Source of the DNA: Felis catus
Taxonomy: Eukaryota
Direction: 5' to 3'
NCBI RefSeq assembly: GCF_018350175.1
Contig: NC_058380.1
Span: forward strand, 30,628,001-30,692,000
Length of the DNA stretch: 64,000 nt
Part shown: positions 51,024 to 63,500 of the stretch, piece after piece
How the letters are laid out: the number at the start of each line of letters is the position of its first letter
Position numbering within the stretch: the stretch's first letter is position 1
The notes under the pieces: model-generated
What the model saw: the letters and a program-made list of their open reading frames with translations, nothing else
Told to the model about the DNA's origin: nothing
Databases searched by the model: none
Position numbers and translations under genes: made by a program

Positions 51024-52256
51024 AAGAAGTCAAATTTTAATAGACATCATCTACAACCTGTGTTTCATATATTCGGAGATGATAAAACTATCCCAGAAAC
51101 ATTTCTATCAACTATTTCTGTGAGCACAAGAGGAAAAACAAAAGCAAAAAAGGCCTTAATCACTGTTGTTAATGATTTGCCTTTAACAGAAAAGGAAATC
51201 ACTAAATTTTTAGGTGCAATGTTAGCTAGTACCACCAACTTGTGGTCTAGTCACTGTACATTCTAAATTATTAAACTATATACCAGAAAATAACTTTCAA
51301 AGGGAGGAAAGCATGACAGAATCAAGTAGCAAGCTGAGGGAAGAAAGAACTTATCTAAAGAATTTCAAAGACAATCCCTTTATGGTGGATGGGAGTAGAA
51401 AACACATTCAACTTGCTCTTCTCCAGTGAACAGAACAGCTAGCTTCCATACCAACAAACAAAAAGATAAGGGACACACCACTCTGGAGGAGCTCTCGGCA
51501 TACTCTGGAAAACTTGCTGCTAAGATACTCCTGCAGATAAATGCACCAGGCAGTGATAAAATGGGACTAAAAAAATAAAGCTCTTCCTTGATGCTTATAA
51601 ATAAATGAAATTTATAACTCTTGTGTAAATACTGGCTATTCCAAACACACTTTGCAATGATTCAGACAGACCTCTCAATGTCCCGTGTAACCTATGCAGT
51701 ATGCACCCATTTTCCTCATGCAAGATATTTTGATAATAGAGAGAATCCTAAGAATAGATCTAAGAATCATACCTCAGTTAGGAAAAAATTGCCTATATTC
51801 AAATTATAAAGCACTCTTACTTCATATGATGCACTTTGCTGTTTTTCTAGAAAAAAAAAAACAATTATTAATCCTGACTCCACTTTTACAACTTCACTAA
51901 ACGGACCATGGGTTTATAAAAACACAGTTTTGGGGGCATTATTAAGTGCAAAACACAGAAAAGGGGTTTCACAGTAGTTGATCAATTTTTTTAAAAAATA
52001 GACTTTTTAAAGAGTAGTTTTAGGTTCAAAACAGCAAAACTGAGTAAAAGGTACAGAAACCTCCCATATACCGCATCCTCCCAAACATGCACAGCCTTTC
52101 CAGCTGGTCAAATCTTTAAAAACAAAACATGTTCTTTCTGGAAAGAAATCAAGACGTTATCATAGAAAATGTAATTTCAAAATTCCAACTGCAATTTAAA
52201 GTACCACTGCCGTATGCATTTTCACTAATATGTTAGGAAATCAGTTTAATACTTAC

Positions 52257-52349
52257 CATATAACATCCAATAAGGAAAGCAGCATTTGCTTGTTTTCTCT
52301 GATCAGAGCCAGTAAAATGAATAATTTTCTTCCTCATCATTGTGATGGA
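52257..52349 (-). CDS. CDC14B: CDC14B exon 4 (93 nt), [31 protein letters not shown]
   Basis: tttatgcag| acceptor, ATG|gtaagt donor, conserved ANAAFL motif. Confidence 0.97.
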
Positions 52350-52727
52350 CTGCATAAAGATAAACAGCTGTTAGTATTTCTCTTTAATTTCAAGTTTTCT
52401 AAAACTTTACTTTGTGATGAAGATATAAATTCCAAATCTTAACAACATATAAGCATTTGTATTAGCAAGAACTTTAAAATAGTTAACTCTAATACTCAAA
52501 AATACCATGTACCTTCCCATAATAGACATATTCTTGGATTAAAATGAATGTACAATTAAGGAGTGAGGAAGAGACATGAACAGGTATATGCTTAGAGTAC
52601 ATGCTCTGAAAGAATACATATGATGCTAGAAAAGGCGGGGGGGGGGGGGGGGAGGGACTTTTCTTTCCTTTCCCCGTTTTTGTTTTTAACATCTATTCCC
52701 AAAACCTTTACATTAAAATAAAAGGGT

Positions 52728-52946
52728 GGGGCGCCTGGGTGGTTTAGTCAGTTGAGTGTCTGACTTCGGGCTCAGCTCAGGTCAAGATCTTGCAGTTCGG
52801 GAGTTCAAGCCGCGTGCGTTGGGCTCTGTGCTGACAGCTTGGAGAGGCTGGAGCCTGCTTCAGATTCTGTGTCTCCCCCTCTCTGCCCCTTCCCCACTCG
52901 TGCTCTGTCTCTCAAAAATGAATAAATGTTAAAAAAAATTGTTTTT
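52728..52946 (+). mobile_element. Can-SINE
   Basis: TSD aataaaagggt. Confidence 0.92.
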
Positions 52947-53498
52947 AATAAAAGGGTAAATAAAAACAGGCAAAAATAATTCTGTTACAAATCAGGATAG
53001 TGAATGAGGTAACAGGGCAGAGAAGGGGTGGAACAGAGATAACAGAGCATAAGTGGGCTCTTGTGTGGCGTTGCTAACATTCTGTTCTTGATTTGATGAC
53101 TTAGATGATTACCTACATATATTCAGTTTGTGAAAATTCATTGATCTGAACCTCAAGATCTGTACCTATTTCTGTACATACATTATACTTCAATCCTGTA
53201 AATACATTATACTTTTTATCTAAAAGGATATGGAATTTAAAAACCAAAGAAAGCATATGATTAGTTAGGACCTCCTCACCTGTATTTCACTAACGTGAGC
53301 AGAAACAGATTCAGGTAAGCATAAGGAAAAGGATATATTGAGTTCAAAAAGCACATATTTCTTGGCTTCTGAGTCAATGATGAATGTGTACATATTTTGT
53401 TTACATAGAGTAAGAGATCCAAGTTGATTTTAAAAACAAAAACAAAACCCAACCAGCCATAGAGCAACATAAGCACAAGACACTGAAATTCAAACTCC

Positions 53499-53551
53499 AT
53501 ACATGTTTTTATCACTAATTGAGTGATACATGTTTTTATCACTAATTGAGT
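53499..53551. repeat. 26-bp direct duplication with 1-nt spacer
   Basis: atacatgtttttatcactaattgagt x2, separated by g. Confidence 0.9.
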
Positions 53552-54800
53552 AGGCAGTAATGTTTCTACCAGGTTGGATGGTCAATACCCTGAAAGTTGG
53601 TTCTAGTAAATAATAAAAAGTTTAAAAAAAAAAAAAAGGACTAATATACCAATATATTCTTGGTTGACTGAAGGATAAAAGGCTGTAGATAGAGGAATAC
53701 ACAGGGGAAAAAAAGTCTTTCAAAATTAGAGCAAAGAAACTCAAGCAGGGGGAGAGGAAATTATTTTTAGCTTCCTAGCCCTGTATGAACAAAAGACCTG
53801 CCACTGGCAAGTGGAAAAAAGGAGGAGGGTGTGGACATAAATATACAAGGCCATAAATGCTTATATTCCTATTCAAGAGAAAAATAAAGCCCAGAAAAAA
53901 AGAGTTTCCATCTCTACATAAACCTGTAGGGCATACTATCTAATACAAAAAGAAAAGGCACATTGCCATTTTGCAGATTAGTAACTCCTCTGGCAGGTAT
54001 TTCCAACAGTTATGATGGGGAATTTTAGGTTTGAGGCTCAAGGGGAAAAAAAATCTGCCTTAATCACTCATAAATTTTTAATACAATTTAATTTTTACTT
54101 GAAAATAAATTTTATTTCTTCTGTGTAATAGTATGGTAAGTAATCACCTGGATAACATTGTTTTTAAAAAAGTAATGGCCCCTAAACGCAGCACTTTCTA
54201 CGTGAGAATTTACAGTGACTAATTTGGAATTGCTGGCAGTACACAGACACTTTTTATTATATGTAACCGTAAGTCAAAGATTTTTAAATAAAGGAATGGG
54301 GTCTGAGTTCAAACTAATAGAAATATTCTTTGCAACTCTCATATACAGCCTTAAAGAGATGCTGTTTGCCCCTACCTTCCCTGCTCCTTAATAGTATGTA
54401 CAAAGGGTGAGGGTGAAAAGTCACAAGTAGTAGTACAATATCACGGGACATTAAAGATAGAATGGAAGTAAGATGATGCAATTTTCTTCACTAGTTTGCT
54501 AGCATTCTCTGTCAAAGTGAAGGCAGAAAGGTCATTGTTTGACCAAAGCAAGGGAAGTTTAAGTTTCTCTTGCTGGGTTTCAGTTCCATTAGAACAGACA
54601 GTAAGAGGTTTCACTTTAATAACCAATTTCCACTTTGGCTTTTCAAGTATTTAATCATTACCAATTCAAACCAGAACCAAAGGACTCAATCAGTCTTAAA
54701 CCATTCAGTCAAAACTCTGGAAAATAAACATATACACTCTGACTATATAAAACAATAAGCCACATGTATGTCTTAAGCACCACTGCAGTGAGAAACAAGA

Positions 54801-54831
<31 letters not shown>

Positions 54832-54898
54832 AAAACAGAGATATGTTTTCCTTACTTTTCCCTCCCCAGGATCAGGCTAACAATGATTACCTAAGTCA

Positions 54899-55000
<102 letters not shown>

Positions 55001-55514
55001 TTAAAAATGAAAAACAAAAACATATATATACATTCTAGATGCTCTAATATAAATGCCTTTTTGGAACTACAAGATCCAATTAAGACAAGAAAGAGTATAC
55101 CAAATTTTTACTGATCATACAACTTAATACTAGTGGTATTCTGGTAAATAATGCTTATTAAAAAAACACGACAAGTGTGACAATGGTTAAATCTAGCCTC
55201 GATAACATCTGAAAATACCTGTTGAATAAAAAAGCTGTTTTTCCACATGTTTCTACTGGCAAAAACACAGCATCTTACTTAGTAGCATATTAGCTTAATC
55301 TCAATATACCTTAAACTATTAGAATTTCAAATGTAAATTATTAAATTTAGGAAGGTTCTTTCATTTTGATTTTTTCCTAAAGATCTATTTTATTACCAAG
55401 AGTTTTAAAAAAAAGCATTCTCCAATAATCAACAGATTAGTAATTTTCCAAGGCTATTCTACTTATAAACATACCTTTAGATTCTTCAAAATAAAAAAAA
55501 AATGTTACTAACAA

Positions 55515-55670
55515 NNNNNNNNNNNNNNNNNNNNNNNNNNNNNNNNNNNNNNNNNNNNNNNNNNNNNNNNNNNNNNNNNNNNNNNNNNNNNNNNNNNNNN
55601 NNNNNNNNNNNNNNNNNNNNNNNNNNNNNNNNNNNNNNNNNNNNNNNNNNNNNNNNNNNNNNNNNNNNNN
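55515..55670. other. Assembly gap (156 N), inferred to contain CDC14B exon 2
   Basis: Run of N between exon 1b and exon 3. Phase requires a missing exon of length 1 mod 3. Confidence 0.75.
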
Positions 55671-57005
55671 AAAACGTTTCACATATCATGATGCAACTCT
55701 TTTCAGATGACGTCAAATTTGTATTTTTCCCATGCATGGTAAGGGTAATGGGCAATTTCAAAATGTTTTGCTATTCTGGCAGGTGATAATAAGTAAGCCA
55801 CATTTTTAAAGGAGAAATTGCTTTTAACCATAAATTTCAATAGCAGTAAGTAATTTTTCACATAGCAACATGGCTAGATTTTTAGAGGAACCTCTCATTA
55901 CAAAACTTTAGTACCCATGGGCTAAGAAATTTCAGCAACTGGAGGCATGCATTTGATAATTAGGCATCAACCTAGATTACTTGTGCTTTGTTTCACTAGG
56001 TTTTCAAGTCATCCTAAAAAGTTATTTCAATAGGAAACTGCATTTTTTAAAACAGAAACTAAAGAGCGCCATCAAAAAATGCTGCTAAATTAATGTTTAT
56101 GGCTATAGAACACAACAAAACAAACCATATGTTTATCCAACTGTTCTTAGGGATCGCTTCTTTTTTGATTCGGAATCACTACTGTCATAGTGATTTTTAC
56201 AATTAGACAAATTACCATTACAACAGAAGCAATGAGAGGTTTCTCCAAGAGGAGTGTGAGATGAACTTGTGTTGCATAAATGCAGTTAGGCTGCTATGAA
56301 GTTTAGCAAGAATGGTAAGGAGTAGTAATGCTCAGAGGCTCCACCCTTTCTCCATGCCTCACCCCCCAAAAAAGTTGCCTAAAAATCATCAGTGAAGCAG
56401 TCACCTGCAATACCTCTTAGTAGTAATAAGTAGTGCTAGGAGAATACTCACACTCAGATTGTGGCAAAATCAAGCACAGCCTTCAAAATAGTAAAATATA
56501 AAGAACGCCAGCTGGCATCCTTTCCCCAAATGGGAATTTAAACAACTTCTGTCTACAATTCAACTCACACAATCGCTGTATTTACTTCCTTGCAAACTCA
56601 ACTGAAATGTCTTGCAACCACAAACACTCAAACGGATGCCGGAGTTTATTCCTTTCCAACCACAAATGAACCTTGATCCCCGTGCACAGAATGACCTGGG
56701 ATTTTGCTCCCTTGGGTGAGGAGACGCAACTACTCTACCAGCCAGGGGTGTAAGGACACTGGGTTCCCAACTGCACGTGTCCGTGTGGATTCGCCCCAAA
56801 GCAAGCCCATGCCTGGGGACAAGGAGTCCGGGGAGGCCACCCACGCCCGTGAGACAGCAACGGCCAGGCCCGAAGTGGAAGGGCAGCCCTTTGCCGGCAA
56901 TTGACGCCTCCTCGCCTCCCCTAGACCCCCCCTCCCCGCGGCACCGCCTGATGCTGAGTACCGGGTGTCCCGGCGGCGCCGGCGACAGACAACCCCCGCA
57001 CTCAC

Positions 57006-57054
57006 CTTTGATCACCTCGGCCACCAGAGGGGTCCCTGCGCCCTCCCGGCTCAT
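57006..57054 (-). CDS. CDC14B: CDC14B alternative first coding exon (exon 1b), MSREGAGTPLVAEVIK
   Basis: ggagtcATG (purine at -3) plus 16 codons and G, then donor G|gtgagt. Lies in a CpG island. Resembles the N-terminus of the known short human isoform (MSREGAGAALVAEVIK, recalled). Confidence 0.9.
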
Positions 57055-57578
57055 GACTCCAAAGCATCTGGAAGGCGGGGCGGAGGGAAGGACCGGGTGG
57101 CCAGAGAACAACCAGCCCGGGAGAAAGGAGGCGCAGCGACCACACCCCCGAAGTTTAAAAAAACAGAAAGTTTAAAGGACCGCGCCCAAGCGCAGGGCAC
57201 AGCAACGCCACCCACCACACCACAAACGCGGGCGAGCCAACCCCGGAAGTTCAAAACTTCTCAAAAGGCCCCAAACAGAGTGGCGAAAGAGTGGGGTGCA
57301 GAAATGAGCCCCAGACGCCGGGGCTGAGCCTCGGCCCGCCTTGGGGCCGCCTGGCGGTCTTCCGCAGCGCCAGGCCTGGCCCGGCCACACTAATGCACTT
57401 GAAGTCGAGGAGTGCAGCAAAACACCGCAGAAGCGGACACAGGCCTCATAAAAGCAAGCGGCTCCAAAAGCCATTAAAAGGACTTGTCAGAAGAGAAGGA
57501 CTCGTTGGCTGACCTGCCCAGCTATGCGGGGCATTCCCACAGCCGCCACAGCCGCGCACTCAGCCCTCCTCGCCGCTG

Positions 57579-57593
57579 CCGCTAGGGGGCACT
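57579..57593 (+). promoter_or_regulatory. CTCF core motif match CCGCTAGGGGGCACT
   Basis: Close match to the CTCF consensus CC(A/G)C(C/T)AG(A/G)(G/T)GGC(A/G)C, located inside the CpG island. Confidence 0.6.
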
Positions 57594-58396
57594 GTTACCG
57601 GGCAGGGCCAAGCCGGGAGGCGGGGTCCAAGGCCCGGCGGCGGCCAGGCGGGGGCGGGTGGAGGCGTTCGACTTCTCAATCCACTCAGCTCCTTGGCCAC
57701 TTCGGGTCGAGACCCGCTGGGTGCCAGGCTTGCAGGAATGCTGATGTCTCATCTATTTAGGCTCTCCAAAACTGCTCAGGATTTAAAGGTAAGCCTAAAA
57801 CTGAGGCCATGTGTTCCTTTAAAGGTCCTAGATTTCTCCTCCAAAAAGCATTAATTAGGATGGTTGAAAAACAAAAATTCAGACACAATACTTAAGCATC
57901 CATTTAAAGTATTTTCTAAATCTATGTTCCTGTGTTAGTCTCAAGTGATAAAAAATTTACGATACAGTATGAGTATGTGCATATGTATATGCACATACAC
58001 ACTAGGACCATGGGTGATTTTGATGATTTTCATTTCTTCCTGTTATTTTCCCAAGTTTCCTACAGACAAGTATTATTTTATCTGTGAAAAAATTTGCAAT
58101 GACTCCCGTAAAGAGAAAGGCAATACAGGAACTACTCTACTCTTTCCCCCAAGTCACTTATAGTCCTAATACAATATACACATTATATCACAATATATAC
58201 ATCTTTGCATCAAAAGTAAGCCTGCATACCTCCTAACCTTATCCTAAAATTTCCGAAAGGATCAAAGACTTTAAATGTAAAAACAAAATAATGAATTATT
58301 TCTGTACTCTCCAATTGGGCCTTTTTAAATGAAACAAAAACTAAAAGCTATAAGAGAATGTATTAAATTGATACACATTTTTAAAATGGTGTTCAT

Positions 58397-58576
58397 AGGG
58401 CACCTGGGTGGCTCAGTCTGTTGAGTGTCTGACTTCGGCTCAGGTCATAATCTCGAGGTTTGTGAGTTTGGGCTAGCTGCTGTCAGCCTGTCAGTGCAGA
58501 GCCTACTTCAGATCTGCTATCCCTCTCTCTCTCTGCCCCTCCCCTGCTTGCACTCTCCCCCCCAAAAATAAATATT
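58397..58576 (+). mobile_element. Can-SINE (older)
   Basis: gggcacctgggtggctcag head. Confidence 0.87.
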
Positions 58577-58593
58577 AAAATGATAATAATAGT

Positions 58594-58811
58594 GGGGCGC
58601 CTGGGTGGCGCAGTCGGTTAAGCGTCCGACTTCAGCCAGGTCACGATCTCGCGGTCCGTGAGTTCGAGCCCCGCGTCGGGCTCTGGGCTGATGGCTCGGA
58701 GCCTGGAGCCTGTTTCCCATTCTGTGTCTCCCTCTCTCTCTGCCCCTCGCCCGTTCATGCTCTGTCTCTCTCTGTCCTAAAAATAAATAAACGTTGAAAA
58801 AAAAATTAAAA
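58594..58811 (+). mobile_element. Young felid Can-SINE nested in the tail of an older SINE
   Basis: CpG-rich. Perfect TSD aaaatgataataatagt (58577-58593 / 58812-58828). Confidence 0.95.
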
Positions 58812-59527
58812 AAAATGATAATAATAGTAAAATTAAAAAGGTCTTCATGGAAAATAAACACATAAAGTCAAGACATAAGCTGGAAAATATTTTTAAATTC
58901 ATCTCAAGTTGATGTTGAACTTCAAAATACAAAAAATGCAAACTGAAACCACAAAGTACTATTTTTACTTGGCAAAAATCAGAGGAGTCTGATAAAGCAT
59001 TGTTTGTGAGGCTGTGGAGAAACATCCACCCTCTCAGGTTGCCTGTGAGTAGGAATATAAACTGGGATAACCTCCTTGAAGGGCAAGAAAGGGCAATTTG
59101 GCAGAAATTTCCAAGACTGAAAGCTGGCAAGACTGCCAAGACAGGCTGCTAAATATTACCATTTATACCATTTATTTGAATGCGTGTAAAGTATATGTAT
59201 GCATTTGTATGACTGTATATGGCACATTGCATAGCTAATCTCTGGAAGGATATACAAAAAACTGGTAGTAGTGAATGCGTTTTACAAGAGGAAACTGAGT
59301 GTCCAGAAATACAGAAAGATAAGTGAGATTTGTGCCTTTTCTTAACTTTCAAATTTTGTACCATACATTTACCTATTCAAAATGAAGAAGGTTTTGAAAA
59401 GTGAACTTGCAGGCTAACAGCGTTTCTCCAAAGCTGACTCTTCATCAAGATATGAAGCATACTGTAAGCATAGTATAAGGCAACCTGGAAAAGTCCTTCG
59501 TGCACATTTAAAAAAAAGAACTGGTAG

Positions 59528-59750
59528 GGGGCACCTGGGTGGCTCAAATGGTTAAGGTTAAGCCTCTGACTTTGGCTCAAGTGATGCATTGGGCTGTGTG
59601 CTGAGAGCTTAGAGCTTGGAGCCTGAAGCCTGCAGCCTGGAGCCTGCTTCAGATTCTGTGTCTCCGTCTCTTCTGCCCCTACCTTGCTTGCACTCTGTCT
59701 CTCTCTCTCTCTCAAAAATAAACATTAAAAAAATTAAAAAATAAAATAAA
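59528..59750 (+). mobile_element. Can-SINE
   Basis: Head, CT tract, A tail. TSD agaactggta. Confidence 0.88.
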
Positions 59751-59893
59751 AGAGAGAACTGGTAACTTATTTGATTTCTACCTATATATCTTGCAATCCA
59801 ATTTCTTTTAACAAACCCAAACAAAACTGGGAATACCTAGAAGGAAGTGGAAAGAGGTTTTTACACATTACAAGGGGAGGGGGGGGAATCACT

Positions 59894-60005
59894 GGGGTAT
59901 ACAGCTGGCTCAGTTGGAAGAGCATGCAACTCTTGATCTCGGGGTTGTTAGAGCCCCACATTGGGTGTAGAAATTACTTAAATAAAAACAAATATTATTT
60001 TTAAA
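59894..60005 (+). mobile_element. Short old Can-SINE
   Basis: gctggctcagttggaagagcatgcaactcttgatctcggggttg. Confidence 0.75.
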
Positions 60006-61948
60006 AAATCACTGATTTTTGATGTCCAATTACCTTTCCATAATGTATTCTCAATATTCTATTGTTAGACTAATATTGCAACAAACTGCTGTGGAGATGA
60101 GTGCAGGGATGAGAGCTATTTATCAGAAGCCTCGAGCTAGAAGCCGGAATCTTTTACAAAGTTCATGATTCAATTTATAATCCTGTAAACCCATGTATCT
60201 TCCACTTAATGTTTCTGTTGTCAAAAACAGAACACTGAAGATTTAAAGTAATAAACGTTCTTGCCTATATATGCCTGTCACATAATGTTGCCTCTCTTGC
60301 TTCTTTGAAAAGGGCACAGTAAAAGGAAATGAAATCTCACCATTTAAAAATGTTAACAAAAACGTTCAACATCCTCATGCCCAAGTTGTCTGTTTTGAGT
60401 TGTCTGTTTTGATTTGGCTTTTGGGTCTCCAGTTTGCTACTTCTTCCTTTAATAAATACGTTAAATAAGTAAAAAGTATTTTCCTACATAACTAATGTAG
60501 AAATTTGGGGATAATTAATCAAACAGAGGGGTAACGTTCTAAACCAAGTGAGAAATACATGTAGGAGTCAGGTGGCAATGATAACACAGCATACACTTTT
60601 TAACAGAAAGAACTCTACTTGGACCTACAGACACAATCAACTTCCCACTATTTCTCTTTCCCCCTGGAACTGGACTGACTTCACAGAACTTGGCAGAGTA
60701 GCTAGAGAAGTGAACAGCTTCCCTATAGGATAAGAGAGCTCACCACAAGACAAGCAGAAAGGAAGATTCACATCCCTATGGAACAAAAGAGAACAGGTAA
60801 AAAACCAGGCTCTACCTGAATACTGACTGTCCCTTAGAGAGAGGGACAACAGACATCAGCCTCTCAGCTGTATTAGTCACTCAGTTTTGAAGGGAAGGAG
60901 CAGAGGAAGGGGGACCAAGGGGAGCAGAGGAAGAAATGTTCGCAAAAGTACTGATTTTAAAAAAGAAAACAATGACACTGAGCAATTATCGACAGTTCAG
61001 TGCTAGGTACTGTATTAAAGCTCATAACCTATGAGGTAGATACTACTACTACTATCAGTAGTTTGCAGGAAAGGAAATCTAACCCTAAAGAGGCTAAGTG
61101 ACTGACCTAAAAGCAAGGTCACAAAGCCTGTTATAAAGTAGAATTAGGACAGGCTATTAGATTGAAGCCTGAGGCTTTTTTAAATCCTTGCCTCAGAGAT
61201 TTCAGCTGATGTAAAGCAAGAATAATTAAAACAATATGATGTTACCATAGCAATATACAAATATGGACCTGGGCATATATGAAAACTTAGTATGTAATGA
61301 AAATGTATTTCAAACCAGTAACAAAGAAGGCCTTACTCAATAAGGAGCAGTTATCTCCATGTATGAAAAGAAACTGAGATTTCCATCTCACCTATCATAT
61401 AGAACAAATACCAGATTAAATAATTTTTTAAAGCGGTCAGGTAACTATAAAAATTATAATGAATAGTTCTACAATTTAAATGGGGAATTTTTAAGCATGA
61501 CACAAAACTCAAGTCATAGAAGTAAAAAACAAACTTAGAGGAAAATATATAATAAAGGGTTAATCATATAATAAAGGGGTAATCATCATGACAGAAAAAA
61601 AGTACCTACAAAGCAATGTAACAACCCAATAGAAAATGAAACAGCCAATTCAAAAAAGCTATACAAATGGTCAATAGTATATGAAAAAATTTTCCCAGTG
61701 GCTCATCATTAAAAAAAAAAAAAATCCATCATCATGAAACAGATTACAGAAAAAAGTCACATGATTATCTCATTAAATACAGAAAAAGGAATCATTAAAA
61801 TCAAGTCAGTTCCAATTAAATCTTTGTATAATGAGCCTAAAGGAGAACTTCTTTAACCTGATAAAGAGTATTTTCCAAATACCTCTAGCAAGTATCATAC
61901 TTCATGCTTTATTTTGTGAGCATCTTCCTCAAATAAAAAACAAGACAA

Positions 61949-62145
61949 GGGGTGCCTGGGTGGCTCAGTCGGTTAAGCATCCAACTTTGGCTCAGGTCAT
62001 GATCTCACCATTCGTTGGGTTCGAGCCCCATGTCGGACTCTGTGCTGACAGCTCAGAGCCTGGAGCCTGCTTCAGATTCTATGTCTCACTCTCTCTCTCT
62101 GCCCCTCCCCCAAACTCCCCCCCCCCCCTCAAAAATATTTTTAAA
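61949..62145 (+). mobile_element. Can-SINE within L1 remnant
   Basis: ggggtgcctgggtggctcagtcggttaag head. Confidence 0.9.
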
Positions 62146-62704
62146 AAAGACAAAAATTCCTATCATTACAATAACCGGAAGTTCTGGCTGATGCCAAGAT
62201 AAGAAAAAGACATGAGAGAGAAGAATTGGAAAGGAACCAGTTGTCCTTATTTACAGACAATAATTATCTACCTAAAAAATATAAGAGAAATCTGTAAACA
62301 ACCTATTAAAACTTTTGCAAAGTTCCTGGATATAGATGATTAACACACAAAAACCAAGAGTTTTTCTATATACTTGTAATAACCAACTATGAAATATAAT
62401 AGCATGTGCATATCCTTTATGAATATATGTCAAGATAAAGCAGGTTTATAACTGGGAAGACTCACTATCACAAAGATGGTGATTACCCTCAAACTAAAGG
62501 CAATTCTTACTAAAATCTCAATACAGCCTGACAAGCTGATTCTAAAATTAATCTAGAAGACAGCAGGAACCACGAAGAGCTGAACAGGAAGGGGGCCCTT
62601 GCCCTACTAAATAGTAAAGTTTAAAATAATTTAGGCCCTGTAGTATTGGCACAGATATAATAGACAAAAGGTAAAGATGAAAGCCCAGAGAGAAACCACA
62701 TTTA

Positions 62705-62910
62705 AAAAAAAATTTTTTTTTTAACATTTATTTATTATTGAGAGACAGAGAGACACAGAGCTTGAGCAGGGGAGAGGCTGAGAGATGGAGAGGCACAGAA
62801 TCTGAAGGAGGCTCCAGGCTCTGAGCTGCCATCACAGAGCCTGACGCGGGGCTTGAACTCACAAACTGCGAGAAGTTGTACATTTAACCGACTTGGCCAC
62901 CCAGCCGCCC
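62705..62910 (-). mobile_element. Can-SINE
   Basis: TSD gagagaaaccacattta. Confidence 0.9.
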
Positions 62911-63120
62911 TGAGAGAAACCACATTTACATGGAAACCTCCCATATGGCAGAGGTGGCATTACAGATCAGTAGGAAAATTACTCAGTACAAAGTATAGGG
63001 ATAATTGGTTGTCCACTTTGTCAGGGGTGGTAGGAGGAAGTTGGATCCTTATCTTACACCATCAGCCATCACTCCCCAAAGAAGAAAAAAATCCCAGGTG
63101 GATTGAAAGTCTAGATATGA

Positions 63121-63500
63121 AGGGCACCTGGGTGGCTCAGTCCCTAAGTGTCTGGCTCCTGATTTTGGCTCAGGTCATGATCTCACAGTTTGTAAGCTGG
63201 AGCCCCACATCGGGCTCTGCACTGAAAGCTCAGAGCCTGGTTGGAATTCTCTCTCTCAAAATAAATAAACACTTAAAAAAAAAAAAGTTAGGGTGCCTCG
63301 GTGGCTCAGTTGGTTGGGTGACTGACTTTGGCTCAGGTCATGATCTCACGGTTCATGAGTTCGAGCTCCGAGTCGGGCTCTGTGCTGACAGCTCAGAGCC
63401 TGGAGCCTGCTTCAGATTCTGTGTCTCCCCCTCTCTCTACCCCTCCCATGTTCATGCTCTGTCACTCTCTGTCTCTCAGTAATAAATAAATGTTAAAAAA
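63121..63500 (+). mobile_element. Two tandem Can-SINEs (63121-63289 and 63290-63500)
   Basis: Two heads. One outer TSD aaagtctagatat flanks the pair. Confidence 0.9.

Larger units (their letters stand above)
56760..57720. promoter_or_regulatory. CpG island / internal promoter of CDC14B exon 1b
   Basis: Sharp rise in GC and CpG content within AT-rich intron. GC boxes at ~57074-57083 and ~57651-57658, ETS motif CCGGAAGT at 57243-57250. Confidence 0.88.

Noticed and set aside
56560-57111. 183-aa minus-strand ORF and other long ORFs in the CpG island
   Set aside because: Only the 49-nt exon 1b portion is supported, and a strong donor follows it. The rest is read-through of GC-rich, stop-poor intron.
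60384-60411. 14-bp tandem duplication agttgtctgttttg x2
   Set aside because: Ordinary slippage duplication with no further structure
62853-63482. 209-aa ORF, the longest in the track
   Set aside because: Composed of SINE and L1 remnants (WVAQS, EPGACFRFCVS are SINE translations)
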